Of a stretch of 64,000 nt of DNA, positions 24,777 through 38,230 are shown in pieces. The position numbers and the translations under genes are program-made. Each line of letters starts with the position of its first letter. Positions within the stretch are counted from its first letter, which is position 1. Under the pieces are notes generated by a model. The model did not search any database and was not told the origin of the DNA. It saw nothing but the letters and a program-made list of their open reading frames with translations. The stretch is from positions 154,318,001 to 154,382,000 of the forward strand of contig OX597815.1 of assembly GCA_951406725.2 (NCBI GenBank). Direction: 5' to 3'. This DNA comes from Octopus vulgaris. Taxonomy: Eukaryota.

Positions 24777-25899
24777 GATCGAGCGAAATAATATATTATC
24801 CTTTGACATTATCAGTATAAGATAAGTGGTATCTTTTCTTTTTATGTCTGTAAAAAGCCGATGGATTTCATATTAAAGAAATGGATTGTTGGAAATATAG
24901 GCTAAATTTTATGTTATATAAGTCTTCTTTTCTGGTAATAGCTTGATGCATTGCTGAACAGTCAACAGTGTTGAAGAGCATAATCATTAAAGTTATAGAT
25001 GCAGAAAAGCTTACTGACATGGAGGACTGGAATCAGCCTGAATATTGGAAAAGATTTAGCTCTTTCAAAATGACTGGCGCCGTTCACTGGCCCGTGAAAT
25101 CTATAAAGGTCCTAAAACTTTACATAGACCTCATGAAAAGCAAGTTATTCCGATCTGAGATCTGCGATGGTCTGTGTGTGCCGTAACGTAGCTCTACAGC
25201 TTTGAACATGGCCTTAAGTTCAATTCAGACGGATATGTGAAGTTGTTGGAGACCGTGGTCAATCCCTGACTATAGAGAGTTGCCACTGTAATGTGATATG
25301 TATAGCAACAGAATTGGACTCCTTGCCATAGCACCGGATAGAGTCAGAAGCGCTTGTTTCAGACTTTCTACGATTTTCTGGCCTCCTAAATACGATTGAT
25401 TACTATGTGGGGTGTGCGTTTTAGGAAGGGACCAACCGGTCTCATTGTTTCACCAAGGCCCAGCTTGTGGCCAAGAGGAAGGTAGTGATCGAAGATATTT
25501 TCCGGGACACAGCGAGGAGGAATGTATGCGTCAAGTTCCGGAGACGTCTTGAGACCACACGAACACATGAAATCGGCAATTTTCATGCAAACTGGCAAAC
25601 TTAGCCCATACATCCTTGTATATATTCATACGCATGAAAATCGCATACACACAAGCAGAAATGCGGGCATTCATGCACTCGCCTCACCACACATTTATGA
25701 ACATGAATACATACAGACGCAGAGGATACGGATACAGATTCACACACACACAAATAAATGCATATACACATATCCATACATGAATACACATACATAAATA
25801 CATGTGTGTGTATGTGTGTGTGTGAGAATGTCTGTTTTTATGTCTAATTATATATATATATATAAATTATATATCATTAACCTGAAAAAGCAATCGATA

Positions 25900-26990
25900 C
25901 TTTTATGTGGAATAATATTTATTTTAGTAGGAAACACTTGACTACGACTTCGAAATACTTGTGTATCAGCTCTGTGACTGTGGCTGTCGGTTTGAGAAAT
26001 AGAATGTTGAAAGTTTTCAAAGAGCAGGATTGGGTTCTCGTACAGTAAGAAGACTTCAAATGTTAACTGCGTAGTGTACTGTTGTGATGTTTGACATTAT
26101 TGGAAGAGAAGTTGCCAGAGTCGATCATCATGTTGTAGAAATGAGTAATATTTGTCGTATATAGGCAACACTTATCACCTCTATAGCCATACATCAGCTG
26201 TTTGTGAACGACGTGAAGCTATAGGCTTGGTTGTGTGAAGTATGTAAATGCTTATACCTAGCTGGAGTGTTAGCCTTGCTTATTTAACTAAACGATATGG
26301 TTATGTCGTAAGGTATACTTGGTAGGTTTAATCAACATAAGATTGGCAGAAATCGGGCCTTTCTATAATGTTAAGTACAAGAGGATTTGCTGAGTGGAAT
26401 TGCTGTATGGTATGTTTTAACGATTAAACAGGAGGCATTCTAGCTGGTGGGGAGACGGTGGTTAATGAATAGCTATGAATGCAATGTTTGCTTAGATTGT
26501 TTGGAGTAACACTCAACCAAGGGATTATAATAACTAGTGTACATAGCAGACATGCGATTCGATTATACCTTCGGATCCCTAGTGTATGTGTTATATTCAT
26601 AGACAACATGCAAAACCAAACTTAGTGGAATCTAGTTGTGAGACGCAGAGTAACTGAAATACTTCGATGTTGTGAGAGATGCTGCGCGATTTTTATGAAG
26701 GCGAAGACGCTATGTCTCATAATACAGCTGGAACATTGATTGTTGCATGGACTGTTGCGATAACCTAGATATAGCTGATGAAAGAATACAGTGCAATAGA
26801 ATAACGTAATGTGTGGTTGGTATGTTAGTAGATTGAGGTGGACCGATATTATTGATGTTTCTTTAGAGAAGGCAAATTTGTAGTAGATTGGTCATCAGTC
26901 TTCTTTGGTTTTAATATTCATAATGAAACTAGTTTTGGTAGAAGGAAGCAAATAAATTATGACATATAAGTAGGCATTAAAAACCTGTTC
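25900..26990 (-). pseudogene. Heavily decayed PLE 3' region (RT C-terminus plus GIY-YIG)
   Basis: Minus-strand translation AYSFTS..*C......AYIRQ at ~26150-26230 resembles VYxFTC..C...YIGQT; many stops. Confidence 0.4.
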
Positions 26991-27245
26991 GATACCTACC
27001 AACCACACGACTGGACATTATTTCCCGTATAAGCACCTTCAAAATACCAAACTTGCTGGAGTGATAGATGACAGCGTACAAAAAAACCCCCCAAAAAACT
27101 GGCGTATTTACTTATGCTGTTAATGCCGCTTGCCGGGGCATTTCCTACTGTTTTCGGGCATCCGATGTAAAAAGGACGGACACGCATATACATGCAACAG
27201 AGAAACAAAGAATAAACGTAAAAGAGAAAGCATAAATGCAATAAA

Positions 27246-27323
<78 letters not shown>
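27246..27323. repeat. (AAT)n microsatellite
   Basis: Directly visible. Confidence 0.97.
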
Positions 27324-27426
27324 CATATATACAACTACACACACACACACCCCACACTTAACTGTATCAAATACACTTAACTGTATGAAGCTTCTCACAC
27401 ATTTTCCAATATATATATATATATAT

Positions 27427-27966
<540 letters not shown>

Positions 27967-27981
27967 GGAAAATATGTGAGA

Positions 27982-28029
<48 letters not shown>

Positions 28030-28031
<2 letters not shown>

Positions 28032-28560
28032 GGAAATGATACAGTTAGGTGTATTTGAAAACAGAAAAGCAATGACTACACTGGTTCTAATGAGTTTAAT
28101 TTATAAATTTTTAATTGTTTAGTAATATACATTTTACACTTTAGTTCGTAGATCTAGTAAGTTCTTTGTTAACTTGGGTAGGAAGACTTTATAAAAAAAT
28201 TCCTTAAGCTTTCTGGAGAACTGTGTCGCGTTTGTTGTCAAACAGATCTGAGAGGTTGGGGCTTTGTAATTCTATATATGGGATTTTGGAGTGTTTGGGG
28301 TTGGGTTGAGGTTTTTTAATCAGTGTGGGAGTGAAAGGGTGTTGATGAATAAGAGCTGAAAGGAAATAGTGAATTGTTACAAGATACTTGATTGGCGAGG
28401 GGGGTGTTGGGAGGTGGTGAGGTGCTAAAGGAATGTTTTATAAAGCCATTTGAATAGTTGGCCTTTGGTGAAAAATATAATGGTCAGATGTGTTCCCAAA
28501 TTCTTTCTCTCAGTAATTTTCGCTGTTTAAGGCGTATGTCTGGGGGTGGTGGTGGTAATG
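28030..28560 (-). pseudogene. Decayed PLE GIY-YIG 3' fragment and terminus
   Basis: Minus-strand ...LRERIWEHI (~28490-28515) and KLKEFF...LPKLTK (~28175-28212) resemble the endonuclease C-terminus; ends in (TA)n. Confidence 0.4.
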
Positions 28561-28724
28561 AGATGTAAGATACATAAATTTGATAAAAATGTTTGTTGAT
28601 AAAAATGTTCTATTATATATTGGTTTGGGAGGGGATGTAGGGGAGATTATGCTATATCATATTTACTTTCCTACATATAACAGGCAATATATATGTACAT
28701 ACGTACATCTCTCGCTTTCTCAAA

Positions 28725-28793
<69 letters not shown>

Positions 28794-28893
28794 TATAAAT
28801 ATATATATATATATATATATACATACATACATAACATACACACACACAGATATATATATATATATATATAGATAGATATAGATATATATAAAT

Positions 28894-29445
28894 ATATTAT
28901 ATATTCTTTATAGAATTATGGATAAAAGCACTTTTATGATTTCATCAAGTGGCCAGCTTATAATTTTTATATACTATATTTATAATTACACACACAACTA
29001 CATCAAAGGGATCTGAAAACCTCTCCACACGCTAGACATAGGCGCCAAATAGCTCGAAATTGGCCCAATACACAATTAACTATATACTATATTTATAGTT
29101 ATATACATAGTTGTATCAAAGTGATCGGCGGGCATCTATAAACGCTAGACATAGACGCCAAAAGGAACTAAAAGCCACCTTATATCTTCCATAGCACAGG
29201 TTATAAACGGGCAAATGAAAAATAATAAATAAAATTTTCCAGTTAATTTCTGTATCGGAGGCCAATTTCGAGCTTTTTGGCGGCTATGTCTAGCGTACGG
29301 AGAGGTTTTCTGGTCCCTTGGATGTACTTGCGTGTATAATTAAGAATACAGTATGCTGTAATTACCTATGAGCTTCTTATTACACGCTGGTTACGTGATA
29401 AAATCAATAAAATTAATTTAATCCTTAATAGTATAAATAATATAT
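28894..29445. mobile_element. Non-autonomous element with long imperfect terminal inverted repeats (MITE-like; family not assigned)
   Basis: 28980-29070 is inverted relative to 29252-29342; a direct subrepeat ACGCTAGACATAG(G/A)CGCCAAA occurs at 29029 and 29141; TA flanks. Confidence 0.65.
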
Positions 29446-30907
29446 ATATAATCAGTATATGATTTAATTTATTAAACATGGTTCAACAAATTCATTCACA
29501 TTTATGTAATGAGGAGATTGGATGATAAAATGGATTGAACACATTATTACAATATGATTACTAAGAGAAAGTCTATGTACTTCTAACCTCTTTTTTCAGT
29601 TTTTATCCCACCTACCGACGAGTATAAATTTAACTATTCCGATTTTTCTAATTCACGTGTCTGGTGTATCCTTATCAGACGGGTAGTTATGATGGGTATA
29701 CTGGACTTCGTATATTTGTACACCAGTGTCACTTGGATGGCACGCGCTGCTCTCTCACTCAATAATAACATTTTCCTTATTCACCACAAAAATATTGGGG
29801 GAGAGAATAGGACAATACAATGAGGGGTTACAGGAAAACCAAGCAAACTGTGAGGAGGATAATAAAATAAATTATTTGAACAGTGAAACATTCCTCAACA
29901 TAGGAAGACTTTCCTGGGCTTCTCGTAGAGACGTCACATAACCACGGTTGCCCTCACTACTTGTGTACGTACTTTCTCCACATTGTTCTTTTTGTACTTA
30001 CATGCGCTTATTTGGAGCAGGCCCGTTCACTCGGGTCATTCTTACAACATTCACCTACCTTTTAACAAAATTGGAGGAAGTAAGCTCTTCCTAACCTAAA
30101 TAATGTGAAAGAAGTAAACAATCAAGCCATACTTCCAATTTGTTTCATCTTCGTGAGACAGCCCCAAACTCTTAAAACACTCATATTTTGATATTGCTGG
30201 CTTTGATTTTTTCCCTTTAAACTGTCAAATTAAACCAAACGTTTTGAATTATTTTGTGTAGATTTTCTATAAATATTTTTTTCAAAATATTTAATTTCGG
30301 CATTAGATATCGAAGCTTGAAAAAAAACCCCCATATAAACATACCAATAATGACATATCAAAAAATAATGAAATAGAAAATTGCGATAAATTATAGCATA
30401 ATTTCTAATTGATATCGAATCAACATGTACGGTGATGTACAAAATTGTTTATCATCGTACAAACATTTTAGGTTTTCTTTGGTGCTAAAAACACAGGCAT
30501 TTTTAATTTTCATGCGTTACCATTTAGAAATAGTAAAGGTCACATGTTGCGGAATTTTGCTGTTGCAATAAAAAAAAATTAGTAACAAGAATTTAAAAAA
30601 CTTTTTGAACCAGCCAAAACTAAAGTTGAAGCAAAAGAGCACCCATAAATGTATGAGAAACACGCTCAGACACACGCATACTCACACACACAGGTACACA
30701 CGCACACATACACACATACACTCACTCTCAAACGCTCTCATGCACACATATTTACACATACACACATGTAAAAAGGGATAGAAATCACTATACGTTAAGT
30801 CATGTTACTACCTGTAGGTTTAAGACTCATATATGGATATATGCATGAATCTATATATTTATGTATCTCTATCCCTCTTTATATTTGTATATACACTGGT
30901 ATATATA

Positions 30908-31200
30908 CATGTGCTTCCCAGAACCTTATCTATGTCCTTACCTGCTAAGGTTGTGGCCAGAATTATGTGGGCCAAACGAAACTTACTTTGAGACGCAGAA
31001 TCACATTGCATAAAGAATAGATTTGTTTTTCTCAATACATGCAGATGGTCATGAGGGAAGATATCAACAAATGCGCAAGAAATAAGACGCCGAATTTCTA
31101 AATCTTTCCATTATACCAATGCAAAGATTCAATCTCCTTACAAGAACGCCTAAACAAGGAAAACCTGTTCATACAAAAGTACAGACCACACCTTAATATA
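30908..31200 (+). pseudogene. PLE GIY-YIG endonuclease fragment (5'-truncated copy)
   Basis: TCASQNLIYVLTC*GCGQNYVGQTKLTLRRRITLHKE*...IFPLYQCK...ERLNKENLFIQKYRPHLN; homologous to ORF 60194-60529. Confidence 0.85.
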
Positions 31201-31357
31201 CAGACTAGACCACTTCAAAAATTATACTAAGGAGTTAGTTATCCTCCTTGCCACCTGTTGGATCCCTTGGTCCACTCTCTAGACTCATTATTATTTTTCA
31301 AGCACCCAAAATGGCAAGACTCCTTTGTTACAAGAATTGATTACTTCACAATGTCCC

Positions 31358-31391
31358 TTGAAAAGCTAATTTAATTAGCGAAAACCAGTTT
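31358..31391 (+). ncRNA. U3:A8-type hammerhead motif, partly decayed, downstream of the PLE endonuclease
   Basis: TTGAAAA-GCTAAT-tta-ATTAGC-GAAA-ACCAGTT; stem I poorly paired. Confidence 0.55.
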
Positions 31392-31691
31392 GATTTCACG
31401 ACATCTATAAAATATGTATATGTTTTTCTTTAATGTCTTTATAAAAAGATATTAAACTATGTGAAACGAAAGCATTTCTCTTTCACTTTTTATATATGGT
31501 TACCACATATTTTCAACTCATAATCTTGCTACGTGGTGTATACTGAATCTTGAGTACATTTGCTCATATATTCTTATATTTCTAATATATATATAGATAG
31601 ATAGAAAGATAGATAGAGTGAGAGAGAGAGAGAGAAACAAACAAAGAGAAACAAAGATAGAAAGAGAGATGGCTCTCAATCATGTGGCAGA

Positions 31692-31729
<38 letters not shown>

Positions 31730-31734
<5 letters not shown>

Positions 31735-32235
31735 AATCAAGGAACGGCCATAATAGGCCATTCACCCACTAGAAATAACAGCCAAAGCTTCAACCGCAAA
31801 ATAACATTAATTCCGTAAACCAGGAAATTTGGCGCGAGTGCGATGATTTGAAAATTTTAGGTCAGATATTGCCGAGGCAGGGACAGAAATGCCTCGTGAA
31901 AATATCTGTTCCGTTCTGGCTATTTCTTACTGAGGAATCTAAGGGCCTATGGAAGATTGGCTTGATTTAATTTAATCAGGTTAGTTTACCATTAAACAGT
32001 AGATGAAACGGTGCATCGTATAAGAAATTACAGGGTAAATGTTTTTTTTAATTTTCTCCTGGTTTACGGAATTAATGTTATTTTGCGGTTGAAGCTTTGG
32101 CTGTTATTTCTAGTGGGTGAATGGCCTATTATGGCCGTTCCTTGATTGTGATGTTGAACTTATAAATGGTCTATGGCTATTTAATTTTTTCCCACTAGGC
32201 CGCTGGTGGCAAAAAAATTCTACATATTGATTAAA
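31730..32235 (+). mobile_element. PLE pseudo-LTR with inverted 5' tail (96-bp inverted repeats) between (TA)n tracts
   Basis: Arms 31730-31825 / 32057-32152, no mismatch seen; HHR lies in the 231-bp spacer. Confidence 0.8.
31922..32028 (+). ncRNA. Type I hammerhead ribozyme, canonical core, extended stem II
   Basis: ATTTCTTA-CTGAGGA-ATCTA..(58 nt)..TAGAT-GAAA-CGG-TGCA-TCG-TA-TAAGAAAT; GUA site, predicted cut after 32020. Confidence 0.88.
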
Positions 32236-33350
32236 TATATATATATATATATATATAAATGCATGTGTGTATGTGTGTGCGCGCGCGCGTGTGTGTGTAT
32301 ACAAATATATATACGTATATATTTGCGGAAAATATATAAATATATAAACACACATGCACACACTTACACACGCACACGCACACACACATGGATATGAATA
32401 TGTATGTGCATATATATATATATATATATATGCCAACTGCTAAAATGCATTTGAAAAATTCTAATTATTTGATCATCACAGAAATATGACTGGTCCACTC
32501 GTTTCCATGTTTACACATCTCAGATTCATGACTGATTGAATAATTTTGTCATCCATTTTTCAAGCAAAATCTGCTTTCCGAATATTTAAAACTTCGCTTC
32601 CACGGTATGTAGGGAACATCAAAAGAAACCGTCAGCAATATATTACACTGCTTTTCCAATGTCTGACTTTCTCAACTATATCGAATTAATTGCTATGCAG
32701 GATGTGACAGAAAATATTGCGATATAACTTAGGCATCTATTTATCATTTCTGAATTGCTCCTCAAAAAAAAAAAAAAAAACCCAAAAAACCAGCTGTTTG
32801 CTCTTATGAAAGTCTGTAGGCGATGAGTTCTTTAAGCTGACTGACTATTTCAACATATTAACGATAAAAATGTTAGTGTTGACTCAATATTGCAATTTAT
32901 TGCTTTTTATGTTGAGAACGGTATTGTTATAGATATATATATTCTTAACTGTTAGAATAAGCAAGATAAACACCTGTAATTACATTGTTCTTAATGTATC
33001 ACCAGCAAAAGTGACTAGGTTGATGGTGTTCTGAACATCTGGTGGTGATCTGTATGCTTTAACTGAAGGTTTAATATTTTATTTACCAAGTTGGAAATGG
33101 CTGAATGACTTCCCCATAAAAAAGGTCGCGATGAATTCCGATTAACTACTGTAACTACAGCAACACCACAGAATAGGGTGTAGATTTCTACATTGCTGTT
33201 TACCTAATACGTGTGGCAGTAAGATTGAGCTTTCAAGTCGTACATCGGATCTTGCGTGATCTTTCTTTCTTTCTCTTCTCATTAGGTGGGAACCAGCATG
33301 TTGATATTCTGCTATGTTGTTTGTTTGGGATGTACAATACAATCACTAGC

Positions 33351-33680
33351 AAAATGGAACTGGTTTTGCTTGACGATGTCTGCTAATGATTGAGAACGTA
33401 CAATTTGTAGGAATTGCTCATTAAGGATTCTCTGTTTTTATATAAAGTAAACGATTCTTTACAGCCATAGTAAGTGTATGTTTTTCTACTTCAGTCATGG
33501 TAAATTACACTTGCAAAATGGAAAGTCCGTTGCTTTACAGTATCCACTAATGAGTGGGAATAAGTTCTTTGTAGGAACTTGTTATTAAGGCTTCTGTGCT
33601 TATATATAAAGTTAATTGTTTACAGAGAACAATTAAGTACTAGACGTATTATTTCTTGAAGCATGATGAATTACACGTTA
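33351..33680. repeat. Diverged tandem duplication, ~165-bp unit
   Basis: AAAATGGAA...CTAATGA...TTTGTAGGAA...ATTAAGG...ATATAAAGT...TTTACAG occurs twice. Confidence 0.7.
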
Positions 33681-34260
33681 GATATTTTAGCGTAGCTACA
33701 CTAAAAGAACGGACTTGTTATTTTCTTTTCTTAGCTTTCCGTAATATTGCCTAGCACTGTCACAATTCACATGATTCATACTGAGACATGTAGATATAAA
33801 GATATCGTCATAGATAGAACAAATCACCTAGAGTGAGACATACTGTATAGCCAGGTAATCAAAATCTTAACCGTTCTGATATTCTACGGCTCAGATATCA
33901 ATATTTTAATAACATATACAACCTAAGAGGCAAGACTGGTTTATAATGTTCTATATTAAACGTTCGACTTTTAGATTTATTCCCCATTTACAGAATTGAA
34001 TTTCCATAGTTTTCATTATAAACTTCCATTTTCCAAATTAGAAAAATATGAATGTACAAAAATATATTTTTCTATTTTTCCTTAAAATTTATTTCTCAAT
34101 ATATCATTCTAAAAACAATTTTTCATCTCCTTATCTTTCTAATCTTTGTTTATTCCTACTCTATCGTATTCAGAGAAAACAAAATTTTAAAGCATAATGC
34201 TTAAACGCATATTTTGGACAATAACTTAGTTGACAATGCAATATGTCATTAATACATACA

Positions 34261-34296
<36 letters not shown>

Positions 34297-34341
34297 TAAA
34301 TACACATAGATAATATATATATATATGAATACACATACATA

Positions 34342-34376
<35 letters not shown>

Positions 34377-35039
34377 TACATATATCTGTATGTGTGAGGT
34401 GAATGGGCGTGTGTGCGCGCATGTGTTTGTGTGTGTCTGTGTGTCTGTGCCTGTGCGTTTGGAAACTTAATATCATTTTGTAGTGAATGTTATGTGTCGT
34501 TTTATATTTAAAACTGTCAACGTTATATATTAAAATCCATTTACAGGTCTTCAAATGTAAGATTAGGTATGATATTTAACATTCAGCATGTCTTGAAATT
34601 TGATCGAATACTATCAAATAATATCGCATGTCTAATGAAGGAATATGTCATTATTGTTTGTTATCATTGAATACCGTAATATAATTGTTTTGATGCTGAA
34701 ACATGTGGTATTTCGCGCTCACGTTCCCTATTATTATTTCATTCATTTTTTTTTTTCTTCCAACCCGACATATTTAAACTTAATGACTTCGAGATAGAAC
34801 GGCAGAGGACATAATGCATTACAGGAACTCTGAGACTAGAATTAGGAAGGGAAGATGTTACCTTCAGCTTTGCATGAATGTTTGTAGCAGAGTGAATTCT
34901 GCTAGAGCCAGTTATTGATGTTAAACCGGTGCAAGGACTTCAAGTTTCTTCTATTTTAAATTATCTCCCCATAACCTGAAATTGATTGCATGTTACACCC
35001 GGAGATTGCCTGACTCTGGTTTCATATAGCGTTATTTTA

Positions 35040-35549
35040 CTACTATGAAATGACCAACCAGACCCTGGGGGAATTCGACATCGTTATCGTCCACCTTACT
35101 GGTTATCTGAACAGGATTTCAAGTTACTTGGTGTTAAGAGGAGGTGAGAGTAATGCTAAATCATTACACTAGGTGTTGGTAAATTAGCACCAATTTGTAT
35201 TTATTTATCTCAATATTTCCGACCAGTCACTTTTCTCTTTCTCTATACTTCTACACTTATCATGATTTCTTGTATCTATGATCATTTATATGTATGATCT
35301 TCTATGTACGATCGTTTACGATCATTTGTACGCATAATCTTGTACATATGATCAGTTATATACTTTTTTTACGTCACATATCTACTTAACGTTTCTTTCT
35401 CCATCACCGTTTCTCCTAATCTCGCCAATTTTGCCCTATTTTATCCCATCATGTGCTCATTTGCTTCCTTCCATATATTTAATCAATCCTCATCATTCTA
35501 TATTAGTATATGATATACGTTAAGAGCAACAAATTAATGCAAAATTACA
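35040..35549 (+). mobile_element. Possible decayed LTR-retrotransposon 3' end (polypurine tract plus LTR)
   Basis: AAGAGGAGGTGAG (35136-35148) followed by (A)GTAAT...ATTACA (35149-35549) inverted ends; internal (TATGATC)-like repeats. Confidence 0.35.
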
Positions 35550-36874
35550 GCTTGCACAATGTTATTTTCCTGGGAGCAACGGAAAGGAACTGAATTTGAT
35601 TCATGAGATTGTATACTCTATAGAGGACATTATCAACTAGAAATAGACATGCAGCTGAAAGTCTGAAAGCTATATGTTCACTTTTCTTCCTATCTAATAT
35701 TATTTCTATTCTATTGGCCATCAGTAGAATCAATCTTCTGAAACCCAATTCTCGGAAGTGGTTCATTTTTGATGTCTCACTTTATTTCGAAATAACAACT
35801 ACTCATTCCTGAAATCTCTATATTGATTTGGTATGAATATGATTTTATTTTTCCATTAGTGTTGAATATCATGTATTCCTTTTTGGTTGCTGCACCAACT
35901 ATTATCAAAAGATAATCCACGTAAAGTAATGTTACATCTTGTCAATCAATTAAATCGTACATTCTACGAAAATAGTGGCATAGAGGAGTAAAGAATTGTT
36001 TCTGTCTAAAACAAACGAAGCATTGTGAGGACTAGAATCCGGACACCAGGTATGCGAGAGGATATTCATAAACGGTCGAGGATATTCATAAAACGTCCAC
36101 ATAGTAACCTCAATACGTGTGTTAATGGATGTATGTGCGTATGCATATATATAATAGAAATGAAAAAAATATATTACATATCAAGCGTGTAATCTCATGT
36201 CAAAAAGAGTAAGGTTACTAATTTTACTAGTAATAAATATTTTCCTTTGCCGGAAATATGAAAATATGTAGATATGCACATACATGCATATATATATATA
36301 TACAAGTTTTTAATTTGAATTTTTCAATTCTTAAATTGTATTTCATAAATACAATTTATTTATCTATTTCTATAGATATCTATAATATTTATGTAAGTAA
36401 TAATGGACTAATTTATTTTAGGTTATATGTTTATACGCTTACTGATAGAAAAAAACTTTAGATTTCTAATTACTATATTTGTTGATTATAATTTAGACAC
36501 TTATTTTTACGTATTTTTTTATTTTATAATTATTATATGCAAACTAAAATCTAGAAATTTTAATAGTGATTAATTTGTTAAATAATTTGATAATTAAATA
36601 TTTGAGTATAACTGAGATAAAGATATTTTATAGTTTATTAATGTTTTTTAAGCTAAATTATATTTTCACAGATAAATACATATCTATTTACTCTATTTTT
36701 TTACTTTAAATATTAAATATTTAACATAATAAATGTGTTGTAGGAAATAATCCCAATGTTTTAAGTTTCAAATTTAGTTAATAGAGATTATTCTATAAGA
36801 AAAATTATTATTTTATTTATTTTTAAAATAAATATTTTAAACTCTATTTGCTTACTTGTTTAACTAGTATTGTT

Positions 36875-36974
36875 AACCCGAAGATTGACTATAATTTTAA
36901 ACTGAATGTATTAATTTAAATTCAGATTTAATTGTAATTCGAATTTAATTGTAGCCATGAAACGTACGTAGATT
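36875..36974 (+). ncRNA. Decayed hammerhead motif with long stem II in a very AT-rich terminus-like segment
   Basis: CCGAAGA-TTGACTATAATT...AATTGTAGCCAT-GAAA-CGTACG-TA-gatt; U4C change, weak stem I. Confidence 0.55.
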
Positions 36975-37224
36975 TTTTACTTAATATATATCGATTATTT
37001 ATTTTTATACTTCTTGAAATCTAGTTATATGTTTTATAAAAATATATTTTATCTGTTATTTATGTTTTGGCTTATGTCTATCACTGTTTGAGTTGCATAA
37101 TAGTGGTTTTATCTCTAATTTATATTTTATATTTTTATATTTTGAAATTCGATTTAATATTAAATTGAATTTTTCCCTGTAAGTTTGGAGTTATACTCCC
37201 TAATATTATTATTATATATACATG

Positions 37225-37259
<35 letters not shown>

Positions 37260-37305
37260 GTGAGTGTATGTATATATATATATATGTATATTTGCTTGTA
37301 TGTAC

Positions 37306-37358
<53 letters not shown>

Positions 37359-38017
37359 CATATATAAATAAAGGTAAGGTCCAAGGATCAAGGTGTAAGA
37401 AAATAGTAAGCTTCGAACAGTCCGTAGAAGGTAGGGAAAACAACTTCCAGAACGATAATGGTTTATTGACGTAGGAGGCTATAAGTTTTCCCGTATCGAA
37501 TTTCGATAAGCAGCAAACATTGTCTTATATCTTACGGTTTGTAGCAGGGGTTGCTGTGTATGCGAATAGAAGTCCAAAATTAGGAAATAGAGCAGCTAAA
37601 ATCCAGGTTATATATGTTTCATAGCTAGCAGACACTCGGAAGAAATAATTATCCAAACGAGGGTTAATCTGCTAGCTAGTCATCGGGCCAAAGTTACCTT
37701 AATCAAAAGAAGTTAACATTGTCGTCAAGGGATCTCATATTGATTCGCAGGAGATTCACTTGAACGACAATGATAACTTCTTTTGATAAAGGTAACTTAA
37801 GGTAACTAGTCCGAGAACCTTTTAATACCATCTCTTGCATGTATACTTATTCGAGGTAATGTATCCCAGTGTATTTTATCCAAAAGGTGAATCCTGGTTT
37901 TGCTTCATTACATTTTTAATAGTTTACAGTTTGTATATTTAAACTAATTTAATTAATAAGAAGAATAATGCATCTACACATTTTTTATAGTGAAGTATAC
38001 AGTATAAATAAATAAAT

Positions 38018-38230
38018 GCACCCTTTTAAAACCTAGCCAGGCTCAAGGGCCCTGTTTCCCGGTATCAATGGCGTATGTGTTCTCCATCTGGACGGGACGC
38101 CAGTCCATCGCAGCGTTACTCATTTTTGCCAGCTGAGTGGACTGGAGCAACGTGAAATTAAGTGTTTTACTCAAGAACACAACGCGTCACCCGGTCCAGG
38201 AATCCTAACCACTAAGCCACGCGCTTCCAC
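38018..38230 (-). mobile_element. tRNA-derived SINE with internal deletion
   Basis: Minus strand GTGGAAGCGCGTGGCTTAGTGGTTAG head, CORE-like GTGTTCTTGAGTAAAACACTT, and CTGCGATGGACTGGCGTCCCGTCCAG segment. Confidence 0.7.

Noticed and set aside
36240-37140. Possible mitochondrial insertion (very AT-rich)
   Set aside because: No mitochondrial gene, tRNA or rRNA motif recognised; an HHR remnant explains it better
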